Shown here: positions 32,749 through 41,862 of the stretch, one piece after another
Layout: each line of letters opens with the position of its first letter
Position numbering within the stretch: the stretch's first letter is position 1
Assembly (NCBI GenBank): GCA_041615815.1
Contig: JBFJCP010000016.1
Location: 32,001 to 96,000 of the forward strand
Reading direction: 5' to 3'
DNA length: 64,000 nucleotides
DNA from: Gemmatimonadales bacterium
Lineage (GTDB): Bacteria > Gemmatimonadota > Gemmatimonadetes > Gemmatimonadales > GWC2-71-9
Program-made: the position numbers and the translations under genes
Notes under the pieces: model-generated
What the model was told of the DNA's origin: nothing
Databases searched by the model: none
What the model saw: the letters and a program-made list of their open reading frames with translations, nothing else

Positions 32749-32960
32749 GGGCGGGGAGGCTGCACTCTCACATCCCTCCGTCCACCTCTTCCCCCTGCCC
32801 TCCGGCAATCGATGATCCCGGTTTGGCCGCGCCCGCGCCTTCTAGGAATGAGGCAACACAGACCCTAGGAGAACCTGGATGCTCCGCATCCCCACGCGGG
32901 AGCGGGCGTGATTGAGTGAGGAGGGCCACTAGGGAGCAAAGCACTGAGGCCTCCCGCTGC

Positions 32961-34283
32961 TTATTTGATGAGGAGCATCCTCTGCACCACCGGATACAGC
33001 CATTCCACGCCACGCTCGGTGACCACGGCATCGTCTTCGATGGGGATTCGCACCTTGGCACCGTCCCATTCGGGGGCCTTGGTATAGGCAAAGAATTCAA
33101 TGGAGAAGAGGTTGCTGGGTTTGATCTCGTAGGTCATGCGGACTGGATTGAAAAAGGCGATCGAGGGCCCGACCCCGTGCCCAAGATTCCCCACGGAGTG
33201 GGAGCCCACGACCACGTCGGTCCGGTCGAGATCCGTGGGCCGGTTGAACTCGATGACGCCAAAGCCCCGCTGATCGAGAGCCCGGTTGATCAAGTGCCAC
33301 GTTTCCCCGGCCGTGCGGCCCGGCTTGATCGTCGCCTTGACGACGTCCCGGACGGCAAGGGCCTGCCGAAAGGCGTGTTGCAGCCCCGGCGGGGCGGCGG
33401 TCTCGCCGTCGCGCAGCACGTAGGCGATGCGCTTGACGTCCGTGCACAAGTTCAAGTAACACACCCCCCAATCGATCATCAGCAGGTCTCCTCGCTGGAT
33501 GATCCGATCCGAGGAGACGGCTTCGATCCCCGACGGTCCGGTGATGTAGACCGATGGCATGTCGAACGACGATCCCAGACCCCGCACCAGCAGCTGATCC
33601 CACATCCACCACGCGACATCCTCCAGCGTCGTGACCCCCGGCGTGACGACCTCGTTGGAGAACGCGCGTTCGGCAATGGTCCGGGACATCTCGCCGGCCT
33701 CACCGAACGCCACGAGTTCAGACGCCACACGCCGCGAGCGAAAATCCGAAATGAGCTCTTCTGCGGATACCACTCGCACCGCGTAGGTTGCACCCAACGC
33801 TTCGACGAGCGCCTCGTAACTCGTGTGCGAGAGCCCGTCCGCGGCTCCGATGGCCTGGGACATGTTTACCCCGATTCGCGCCGGATCCCTCACGGCCACG
33901 AACGCGCGAAGATCGAACGCGCCCCCGATCACGGTGTCATAGACACCACACCCCTCGAGCATCCGACCGCCCACTCCAGCAGCCACCCGCTCGATCCGCT
34001 CACCGCCCCGATCTGTGAAGATGTAGTAGGCCGTCCCACCCACGTATCCTCGTCCCAAATCCTCCCACAGCGGGTCCAACAGGCCTTCCTTCATCACGGT
34101 GATCCACATATCGATTCCGTTTTCCCGCATGGCCTCAGGCAGGACGAGGTCGAACTTGTCCGCTCGAATCTGACACAGTCGTTCCCAGCGACGACGCGAT
34201 TCCTGGGCCGTCGCGGGCTCGAGGGCGATGACGCCTGACAGCGTCATGAAGATCACGATCGACCAAACCCAGCGAGCCATCAC
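32961..34283 (-). CDS. Exported M24 family metallopeptidase
   Basis: IDWGVCYLNLCTDVKR, HSVGNLGHGVGP, SIE, IEDD metal ligands. Confidence 0.85.
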   Translation of the reverse strand: MMARWVWSIVIFMTLSGVIALEPATAQESRRRWERLCQIRADKFDLVLPEAMRENGIDMWITVMKEGLLDPLWEDLGRGYVGGTAYYIFTDRGGERIERVAAGVGGRMLEGCGVYDTVIGGAFDLRAFVAVRDPARIGVNMSQAIGAADGLSHTSYEALVEALGATYAVRVVSAEELISDFRSRRVASELVAFGEAGEMSRTIAERAFSNEVVTPGVTTLEDVAWWMWDQLLVRGLGSSFDMPSVYITGPSGIEAVSSDRIIQRGDLLMIDWGVCYLNLCTDVKRIAYVLRDGETAAPPGLQHAFRQALAVRDVVKATIKPGRTAGETWHLINRALDQRGFGVIEFNRPTDLDRTDVVVGSHSVGNLGHGVGPSIAFFNPVRMTYEIKPSNLFSIEFFAYTKAPEWDGAKVRIPIEDDAVVTERGVEWLYPVVQRMLLIK

Positions 34284-34482
34284 GGTCCTCCCCTCCTGAG
34301 GGAATCTCGGCGCGAGCCTGCAGCCAGCGGTGTCACAATCTACGACAGCGCTGTCCCGCGCGCCTTCCGGCTCCCCCTACCTCGGCACTCGTCGCCATTC
34401 CCTTTGGCGTGGGGCCCACGAGATGCTAATTTCCCGCCAGCAGGACGAGCGTCACTTCGGCAAAGACGAGAGGCGAAGCTTC

Positions 34483-34863
34483 GTGAGCGTCATCGAGAGC
34501 TTCAACGAGGTCGTGGAAATCGCACGATCCCTGGGCCATGCGGAGTTGAAGCGTGCTCTCCGAGCGGTTCGCGAGGAGCTCAAGGTCCTTCTAGACGAGA
34601 TGAAGGAACTGCGCGAACAAAATCGCGAGCTCCTGACCCGTCTCGAAGCGGAGGGAAAGACGATCGCTCCCAAACGGAGCGTGAAGTTCGAACATGGCAC
34701 ATACTGGCAAGTGGACGACGCCGGCATCATGCGCGGCCCTATGTGCGCGAAGTGCTGGGAATCACGCCAGGAGCTGCACCGCTGCATGAAACAGATGCAG
34801 TATTTCTTTATGTGTTCCAAGTGCGGTGCCGTGGCACGGCTCCCCGGCGTCAAGCCGGCCTGA
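34483..34863 (+). CDS. Coiled-coil plus C-terminal zinc-ribbon protein
   Basis: GPMCAKCWE...FMCSKCG; GAGAGG before GTG; start uncertain. Confidence 0.6.
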   Translation: MSVIESFNEVVEIARSLGHAELKRALRAVREELKVLLDEMKELREQNRELLTRLEAEGKTIAPKRSVKFEHGTYWQVDDAGIMRGPMCAKCWESRQELHRCMKQMQYFFMCSKCGAVARLPGVKPA

Positions 34864-34867
34864 GTCC

Positions 34868-35287
34868 GTGGCCGCTCGCCCGTTCACGCCGGCGTGGGCT
34901 GTCAACCTCCGCGATGCCATCAACGCCAGCGATGAATACCGAGAGGCCGGACGCACCTGGGCGTGGCCCCTGGCCCTGGTGCTGGATCCCCACCCGAACC
35001 TGGATTATCCCGATGCCGTTGCGGTGGTCCTCGACCTCAAAGACGGGATCTGTCACCGCGTAACGTGCGAGCCGGCCGTCTCCGTGGACGCCCCATTCAC
35101 GGTCCGGGGCGAGTACGAGGTCTGGAAACGCGTCATGCTCGGTCAGCTCGACCCCATCGCCGCCATCGTACAAGGCAAGTTGCGTCTCACCGGCTCGCTC
35201 GGCACCGTGGTGCGACATGTTGGCGCCGCCCAAGCGCTCGTCGAGTGCGCAACGCGAGTTCCCACCGAGTTCCCAGACGAGCGGTAG
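34868..35287 (+). CDS. SCP2 sterol/lipid-binding domain protein
   Basis: FTPAW...INASDEYREAGRTW...GQLDPIAAIVQGKLRLTG. Confidence 0.8.
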   Translation: MAARPFTPAWAVNLRDAINASDEYREAGRTWAWPLALVLDPHPNLDYPDAVAVVLDLKDGICHRVTCEPAVSVDAPFTVRGEYEVWKRVMLGQLDPIAAIVQGKLRLTGSLGTVVRHVGAAQALVECATRVPTEFPDER

Positions 35288-35304
35288 CCAGCCACACACC
35301 CACT

Positions 35305-35320
35305 TGTGACAAACATCACA
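35305..35320. promoter_or_regulatory. TGTGA-N6-TCACA palindrome (CRP/Clp-type box or sigma54 enhancer)
   Basis: TGTGACAAACATCACA. Confidence 0.7.
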
Positions 35321-35416
35321 GCTCGCGTTTGGACCTCGTATTTGTGGTCCGAACGTTGGGCGACTGCACCGTTCTCATGCATGGTCTCTGGGCAATTCGC
35401 CACACGCATGCAACAA

Positions 35417-35432
35417 TGTGACAGCTGTCACA
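35417..35432. promoter_or_regulatory. TGTGA-N6-TCACA palindrome (fully self-complementary)
   Basis: TGTGACAGCTGTCACA. Confidence 0.75.
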
Positions 35433-35489
35433 AAGCGTCTAAGCTGAAAGGGTTTCGCGACTTTCGCGTCCGCGTCGTCCACCGTTTCG

Positions 35490-35505
35490 GGGCACCCGTC
35501 TTGCA
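35490..35505 (+). promoter_or_regulatory. Sigma54 -24/-12 promoter
   Basis: GGGCACCCGTCTTGCA: GG-N10-GC spacing with GGCAC and TTGCA, 40 nt upstream of the ATG. Confidence 0.65.
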
Positions 35506-35544
35506 ACGTCGCAGCGGCACACGCACCACACGGGGAGCAACCAC

Positions 35545-36219
35545 ATGTTGAAGGTCACAAACCACCCCCAATGGGTCGAGACGCTCGATGCTGCACTCGA
35601 GCCGTTGCAGGCGGAGATCCTCGACTTGCCGGTCGTCGTTCGCGCATCCGACAACACGCTCGAAGAAGCGATGATTCGGAATTTCTGTGTTGAATTCTAT
35701 CCGATCATCCGCGACTTCCCCTACTGGCTAGAGGTTCTGATGAAGCGGTCACCCACGGAAGGTCATGCCTTCTTCCGTGACAATATTCGGGTGGAGCGAC
35801 GCCATGGCGCGATGTGGCGTGCTATGGGCGATGGGTTTGGTGTCCCCTCGGAGTGTTTCGAGGGCTACATCCCATCCAACCCGGCGGTGAACACGTTTCA
35901 CAACTTCCTGACGGACATCGGGGCCAACGGTCCGTTTGCGACGGCCGTGGCGGCCACCAACTACGCCGTCGAGGGAGTGGCGCAAAAGATCGCCACCAAG
36001 GCCCTGCAGGGCCTCCAGTACAACGAACGGCTTGGCAAGCGCGGTCGTTGGTGGCTCGAGGAACACGCCAAGTACGACGACGAGCACCCCATTCTGGCAA
36101 TGGAGCTCATCAAGTCGTGCATCGACGAACACGATGCGGAGATTTCCAATCTCCACGATGCTTCCATGCGAAGCCTCGAGTTTTTGCACGACGCGATGAA
36201 AGAGAGCTACCACGCGTAG
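35545..36219 (+). CDS. UndA-like heme-oxygenase-like diiron oxidase (putative fatty-acid decarboxylase)
   Basis: HPQW, NIRVERRH, AVAATNYAVEG, WLEEHAKYDDEHP correspond to the Pseudomonas UndA motifs NIRVELNH, AIAATNYAIEG, WLKMHAQYDDAHP (recalled from memory). Confidence 0.8.
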   Translation: MLKVTNHPQWVETLDAALEPLQAEILDLPVVVRASDNTLEEAMIRNFCVEFYPIIRDFPYWLEVLMKRSPTEGHAFFRDNIRVERRHGAMWRAMGDGFGVPSECFEGYIPSNPAVNTFHNFLTDIGANGPFATAVAATNYAVEGVAQKIATKALQGLQYNERLGKRGRWWLEEHAKYDDEHPILAMELIKSCIDEHDAEISNLHDASMRSLEFLHDAMKESYHA

Positions 36220-36224
36220 CCCAC

Positions 36225-38120
36225 ATGGCCGGGACTGCTCGCCGCCCCTCGCGTAAGGACTCCGCCAAAGCCCGTCATCCCACGCGCGGACGTTTGGCCC
36301 GGAGTATCGTGGCCAGTTCCCCTGATGCCATCATCGTCACGGGAATGGACCGCCGAGTGCTGGATGCCAACGACGCAGCAGCAGAGTTGTTTGGCCGAGC
36401 CCTCGAGGATCTGATTGGTGCCGAGGTCGATGGGCTGGTGATCGAGGAGGAACGCGGGGTCGTCGCGCGTCACGAACGCGAAGCGCTCCGCGGCTTCCCA
36501 CAGCGATACGAGACCAGAATTCTCGTGGGTGACCGGACCCAGCGGACCGTGGCGGTCGCCTCCGCAGCGCTGCAGGAAGATGATGAAGTCGTCGGAACCG
36601 CAGCCACCTTGCGGGACATTACCGATGACCATCTTGCATACGAGAAGATCGCCCGATCCGAGAAACGATATCGGAGTCTGATCGAGTCGGCGAGCGACGC
36701 GATCGTGACCCTCGATGGTGCGGGCCGGTTCACCACCGCCAATCAAGCCGCTGCCGACATCTCGGGCTACGATCGAACCAAACTCGTCGGGCTATGGTTT
36801 GCCCCGATGGTCCCGGAAAGCGAGCTGCCCAAGGCACTCAAGGAGTTTCAAAAGGCCCTCGCCGGCGAAAGCGGCCAGTTCGAGACCGCGTTCTTTCGCA
36901 AAGACGGCGAAGTCCGATACATCTCCACCACGTACTCCTGCACGCGTCCGGGCGAAGAGGTGTTGTGCCTCATCCGTGATGTGACGGAAGAACGCCAGCT
37001 CCAGGAGCAGTTGATTCAGTCCGAGAAGATGGCCGCAATCGGCCAGTTGGTCAGCGGCGTTGCCCACGAGCTCAACAACCCGCTGGCGAGTGTATCGGCC
37101 TTTGCGCAACTGATGCTAGCTGACCCGAAGCTATCGCAAGAAGGCCGGCAATCCGCGGAGATCATTTCGAAAGAGTCGCAACGCGCGGCTCGAATCGTCA
37201 ACAACCTGCTCACGTTCGCTCGCCAACACAGCGCGGAGAAGGTGTCCGCCGATATCAACAAAGTGCTGGACGACACCCTCGAGTTGCGAGCATATGAACT
37301 CAAGGTGCGCGGTATCGACCTCGTGCGAGATTACGATGAGGCCGTGCCGCTTACGATGGCGGACGTGTATCAGCTCCAGCAGGTCTTTCTCAATCTGATC
37401 ACCAACGCCGAACATGCCATGGAAGCCACGGACAGGCAGCGTCATCGGCTGACGGTACAAACGCGGGTGCACGAGCACACGATCCGCGTGACGATTCAGG
37501 ACACCGGGAGCGGCATTCCTGCAGGGTCGCTCGAGCGCATCTTCAACCCCTTCTACACGACCAAACCCACCGGAGCCGGCACGGGATTGGGGCTCTCGAT
37601 CTCCCTGGGAATCGTCAGCGAGCACGGGGGACGGATTTGGGCCGACAACGGCCTCAAGGGGGGTGCGCGATTCTACGTCGAGTTGCCGATCGTGCAGCCT
37701 TCGTACGAGGATCTCCACCAGGAGAATCCGAGCATCACCGTATCGGTCCCGGGCCTTCGCGTCCTCGTCGTCGATGACGAGGAGCCGCTCCGCATCGCGC
37801 TCGAGCGCTTTCTCAGCGGCGAGGGCCATTCGGTACACGCGACGGGGAGTGGAACGGACGCGCTGGAGTGTGTGGCCACGCAAACGTTCGATGCGGTGAT
37901 CCTGGACATGCGGATGCCCGACATGTCGGGAAAACAATTCTTCGAGCGGCTACGCGAACGATGTCCCGAGCTCGCGTGCAGAGTCATTTTCACCACGGGC
38001 GACACGGTGAGCACGGAGCTGCGGACGTTTCTCCAGCAATCCGGCCAGCCGTTTGTGGCCAAGCCGTTCAAATTCGAAGATATCGTTCAGGTGTTGCCGC
38101 GAGTATCAGCCGCCGCCTGA
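36225..38120 (+). CDS. Cytoplasmic PAS-PAS hybrid histidine kinase with C-terminal receiver
   Basis: SSPDAII/SASDAIV PAS starts; GVAHELNNPL; NLITNA; DTGSGI; GTGLGLS; VVDDE...LDMRMP; no TM segment. Confidence 0.92.
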   Translation: MAGTARRPSRKDSAKARHPTRGRLARSIVASSPDAIIVTGMDRRVLDANDAAAELFGRALEDLIGAEVDGLVIEEERGVVARHEREALRGFPQRYETRILVGDRTQRTVAVASAALQEDDEVVGTAATLRDITDDHLAYEKIARSEKRYRSLIESASDAIVTLDGAGRFTTANQAAADISGYDRTKLVGLWFAPMVPESELPKALKEFQKALAGESGQFETAFFRKDGEVRYISTTYSCTRPGEEVLCLIRDVTEERQLQEQLIQSEKMAAIGQLVSGVAHELNNPLASVSAFAQLMLADPKLSQEGRQSAEIISKESQRAARIVNNLLTFARQHSAEKVSADINKVLDDTLELRAYELKVRGIDLVRDYDEAVPLTMADVYQLQQVFLNLITNAEHAMEATDRQRHRLTVQTRVHEHTIRVTIQDTGSGIPAGSLERIFNPFYTTKPTGAGTGLGLSISLGIVSEHGGRIWADNGLKGGARFYVELPIVQPSYEDLHQENPSITVSVPGLRVLVVDDEEPLRIALERFLSGEGHSVHATGSGTDALECVATQTFDAVILDMRMPDMSGKQFFERLRERCPELACRVIFTTGDTVSTELRTFLQQSGQPFVAKPFKFEDIVQVLPRVSAAA

Positions 38121-38274
38121 ACGACCGGTCCACCATACCCCGGGGAGGCCCTCTCGACGGCAGTCGCCGCGCCTCTCCGGGGATCCCCCTTCCTCAGGCT
38201 CGATCAACCTCCGCGTCTTTCAACCTTCCCTCGGTCCGACGTTTTCCTTTCCGACCTTCCCACTTGCTGACGTT

Positions 38275-39357
38275 CTAACTGACCCCCACACCGGCGATCC
38301 CGCCGGGCACCGATCGGCGTGGCTTGGCCGGCGCCTCGATGGGGAGTCCCTGGAGACCTGGATAGGCGTCCAGAAAGGCAGCCACGACCGTGGCATCGAA
38401 TTGCGCCCCAGCCTGAGCGCGCAGTTCGGCGACGGCGTCCGCCGGGGGGACCGCGGGCCGATAGGGCCGACCCGAGGTCATCGCATCGAAGCTATCGCAC
38501 ACCGTGACGATCCGGGCATGCAGCGGAATGGCGTCGCCGAGGAGTCCATCGGGGAAACCACGGCCATCCATCCGCTCGTGATGCGAGCGCACAATGGCCA
38601 GGGCCGCGGGCGCATTCTTGAACAATGGCGCGAGAATGCGTTCGCCGATAACGGTGTGTTGCGTGAGGTGCTCATATTCTCGATCGGTGAGCCGCCCGGG
38701 CTTGAGAAGGACAGCTTCACGCACGCCGATCTTGCCGACATCGTGGAGCTCGGCACCGAGCTCGATGAGCTCCACATCCAGCTCGCTCAAGCGCAGGGCC
38801 CGGGCCGTCTGGCCCGCATAGGCGCTCACGCGCGCCGAATGGCCGCGGGTGTAGGGATCTTTCGCTTCGAGCGCATCGACGACCGCCTGAACCCCTTCGA
38901 GAAACAACTCCTCGATCCGTCGGGCTTGCTGCTCGACGAGTTCGGTCAAGTGGCGTTGGTAGCGGCGATTCTCCACCACGAGGCGGCGCCGTTCGAGCGC
39001 GTGGGCGATCCGCGCACGCACCTCTTCGATCTGGAACGGTTTCGTGATGTAGTCCATGGCCCCGCGCCGCAGGCAGGCAACGGCGGTCTCGAGTTCGGCC
39101 ACCACCGTTACGAGAATCACCGCAACATCGGGCCACCGCTTGTGGATCAGGGTCAGGAGAGTCGCTCCGTCCAGATGCGGCATCCGCAGGTCGGTGAGCA
39201 CCATCTCCACCGCCCGCCGCTCCAACACTTCCAGCGCTTCCGCCCCCGAGGCGGCCTCGAGACAGCGATACCCCGCCCCGCCCAGCACACGCACGAGCGA
39301 GCGCCGCAGATCAGGTTCGTCATCGACGACCAGACAGGTGATATCGGGCTGGAGCAT
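38275..39357 (-). CDS. Response regulator with HD-GYP phosphodiesterase domain (RpfG-like)
   Basis: VVDDE, TDLRMP; KDPYTRGHSARV, LHDVGKIG, HHERMDGRGFPDGL. Confidence 0.92.
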   Translation of the reverse strand: MLQPDITCLVVDDEPDLRRSLVRVLGGAGYRCLEAASGAEALEVLERRAVEMVLTDLRMPHLDGATLLTLIHKRWPDVAVILVTVVAELETAVACLRRGAMDYITKPFQIEEVRARIAHALERRRLVVENRRYQRHLTELVEQQARRIEELFLEGVQAVVDALEAKDPYTRGHSARVSAYAGQTARALRLSELDVELIELGAELHDVGKIGVREAVLLKPGRLTDREYEHLTQHTVIGERILAPLFKNAPAALAIVRSHHERMDGRGFPDGLLGDAIPLHARIVTVCDSFDAMTSGRPYRPAVPPADAVAELRAQAGAQFDATVVAAFLDAYPGLQGLPIEAPAKPRRSVPGGIAGVGVS

Positions 39358-39460
39358 CGCCTCAGGATAGGAGGGGGCGGGTTCGTATTGCTGTGCGGTC
39401 TTTCACAAGAGCCCCCAACCCCCCGGGGGGGCGGCCCTCGCCCAGGCCGCGGCCCCGAGT

Positions 39461-41263
39461 ATGTTTGGTGCCGTGTCCTCCACCTCCCGCATTGCCGCGC
39501 GCCAGCGGGCATTCGCGGCCTATCTGAGTCGACGGGCCGACGCGGTACTGGCCTACCTGACCCAGCGCGGCATCGACGAGACGACCCTCCTCCTCGGGTT
39601 CGCCGTCGCCATTGGCACCGCCGTCGGCCTGGCCGTGATCGTGTTCTACAAGTTGATCGATCTGGCCCAGGCGGCTGCTCTGCGCGTCGCAGCGGGGCTG
39701 ACGGGCCTCGGGAGCCTCTCCATCGTTCTGGTGGTGCTCGTCGGGATCGTGCTCACCCGTCTCCTCATCCGCTACGGCGCCGGCGATTCCGACGGCGAGA
39801 ACGTGGCCGACGTGATGCGGGCCGTGGCCAAGCGGGGGGGCGTCATCGACGCCTGGCGCGTAGGCGTCAAGACCGCCGGGGCCGCGGTGGTCATCGGTAC
39901 GGGGGGATCGGTGGGGGCCGAGGGACCAGTCGCCGTGGCCGGGTCCGCCCTGGGCTCTCGGATTGGCCGGTTCTTTCGCTCCGGGCCCGGCCGGCTCAGA
40001 CTCCTCGTCGCATGCGGCGCTGCTGCGGGAATCTCTGCCGCCTTCAACGCACCCATTGCCGGCGTCTTTTTCGCCTTGGAGAAGGTGATCGGCACCTTCG
40101 GCGTGCATGCCTTTCCGCCCATTCTGGTGGCGTCCGTCATCTCGGCCGTGATTTCCCGAAGCGCCTTCGGCGCCACGCCGGTCATTGAGATTCCCATGGA
40201 GTACGGGGTAGGGTCCCCGAGCGAGTTCGCGCTCTACGCCCTCCTCGGCATCGCCACCGGTGTCGTGGCGGTCGGGTATACCAAAATCGTCCACGGAACC
40301 AATGATGTGTTCAACCGATTCGGTGCCCTGTGGCAGCGTCTGCTGCTGGCGGGGTTGGTGGTGGGCGGCCTCGACTGGTTTTTCCGCGACGACTTATGGG
40401 GCCGCGGCCACGAAACGTTGACCATCGAGATCATCGGGACGCGGCCGGCCCTGTTCCTCTTGGCCCTCGCGCTGGGAAAGCTCGTGGCCACGGCCGTGAC
40501 CATGGCGGCGGTGCGGTGCGGCGGCGTGTTCACCCCGGCGTTGTTCATCGGTGCCACGCTCGGTGGTGGCCTTGCCGTAGGCACCGAGCTCGTGGTTCCG
40601 GGACTCGATCTCGTGCCCGAAGCGTGGGCCTTGGTCGGGATGGCGGGGCTCGTGGCCGGCAGCACGCACGCGCCGCTCACGGCCATCATGATCGTGTTCG
40701 AAATGACGAGCGACTACGCCTTGATTCTCCCGCTGATGCTCTGCGGGGCCATTGCGTACATCACGGCGCGGCGACTCCACCCTCACTCGATCTATTCCGA
40801 GTGGCTGGTGCGGCGTGGTGAGACTATCGAATCGGGCCGCGATACGGCCGTGCTCGAGCGCTTGACGGTTCGCGAATCGTACAACCAGAACCCTCACACC
40901 ATTCACGAGGGTGCGGACGTGAGTCACATCGTCGCCGCAATTGGCGCGAGCTCACAGACGGAGTTCCCCGTGGTGGACGACGAGCGGAACCTGGTGGGCA
41001 TGATCTCGTACGACGACCTCCGGGCAGTGCTCAGCGATACGGATCGTTATGCGCCGATCATCCTGGCCGGGGACTTAGCGAGTCGACCGTACGAAACCGT
41101 CGTCCCGAGCGACACGCTCCGTGCGGCCCTACAGCGGCTGGAGGTACGTGGCAGCCACTACCTGCCGGTGGTAGAGGACGGGAACGGGCAACGCCTGCTG
41201 GGTCTCATTGGCCGGCAGAACATCTTGGCGGCCTACGACCGAGCGTTGCTCAGGCCGGATTAG
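39461..41263 (+). CDS. ClC family chloride channel/antiporter with CBS domains
   Basis: GGSVGAEGP, AAGISAAFNAPIAG, GGVFTP; CBS pair. Confidence 0.9.
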   Translation: MFGAVSSTSRIAARQRAFAAYLSRRADAVLAYLTQRGIDETTLLLGFAVAIGTAVGLAVIVFYKLIDLAQAAALRVAAGLTGLGSLSIVLVVLVGIVLTRLLIRYGAGDSDGENVADVMRAVAKRGGVIDAWRVGVKTAGAAVVIGTGGSVGAEGPVAVAGSALGSRIGRFFRSGPGRLRLLVACGAAAGISAAFNAPIAGVFFALEKVIGTFGVHAFPPILVASVISAVISRSAFGATPVIEIPMEYGVGSPSEFALYALLGIATGVVAVGYTKIVHGTNDVFNRFGALWQRLLLAGLVVGGLDWFFRDDLWGRGHETLTIEIIGTRPALFLLALALGKLVATAVTMAAVRCGGVFTPALFIGATLGGGLAVGTELVVPGLDLVPEAWALVGMAGLVAGSTHAPLTAIMIVFEMTSDYALILPLMLCGAIAYITARRLHPHSIYSEWLVRRGETIESGRDTAVLERLTVRESYNQNPHTIHEGADVSHIVAAIGASSQTEFPVVDDERNLVGMISYDDLRAVLSDTDRYAPIILAGDLASRPYETVVPSDTLRAALQRLEVRGSHYLPVVEDGNGQRLLGLIGRQNILAAYDRALLRPD

Positions 41264-41843
41264 CGGGACCCGGTGAGCGCTCCAGCCGCTCGAGGATGAA
41301 AAACGACATCTGCCAGCGGAACGGCCCGAGCGACACGTAGGCCTTGCCGAGGAGGAGATCGGGGTTGTCGTAGTCCGGGTACACGAGGTAGTCGCGACGG
41401 AACTGGCGCGCATCGTACCACGGGTTGTCCGCCCGTCCATAGTGGAGCAGCGCCGCCCGAGGAAACTCTCCCCACCCGGGACTCACGGGAGCCGCCTGCA
41501 CCACGAAGAGACCTTCGATGACCTCGCGCCCGCCCCGCCGACGAGGCGTGTACAACTCCTCGGGCCCATTCTGCTCCACCCGGACGGTGTGACCGCCAAG
41601 GACCGAGCCGTACCCCAATTCCAGTTGGTAGAACGTGGTGATGAATTTCCGACGCCTGAGGACTCGGGGAAGCAACCCTGTATGGAGCCCACGAAATCGC
41701 CATCCCGCAAGTGCCTCCCCCGGTGGCCGGCGCCCATCCTGCACGAGCTCGTCCAGCGTGGCCGGGGCCGCGGTCCACAGCTTGAGGGCTCGGGCGCTCG
41801 CGGTGGGTGACGGCCGAAACGTCGAGAGGTGTCGTGCCTTCAC
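41250..41843 (-). CDS. Hypothetical protein downstream of the GMC oxidoreductase
   Basis: AALLHYG...RDYLVY...DLLLGKAY...FFILER. Confidence 0.6.
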   Translation of the reverse strand: MKARHLSTFRPSPTASARALKLWTAAPATLDELVQDGRRPPGEALAGWRFRGLHTGLLPRVLRRRKFITTFYQLELGYGSVLGGHTVRVEQNGPEELYTPRRRGGREVIEGLFVVQAAPVSPGWGEFPRAALLHYGRADNPWYDARQFRRDYLVYPDYDNPDLLLGKAYVSLGPFRWQMSFFILERLERSPGPANPA

Positions 41844-41862
41844 GTCGCGATCGGCGACGGGC

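Noticed and set aside
32916..34238. 440-aa plus-strand ORF
   Set aside because: Antisense shadow of the M24 peptidase
38053..40188. 711-aa plus-strand ORF
   Set aside because: Shadow of the HD-GYP gene and out-of-frame overlap with the ClC gene
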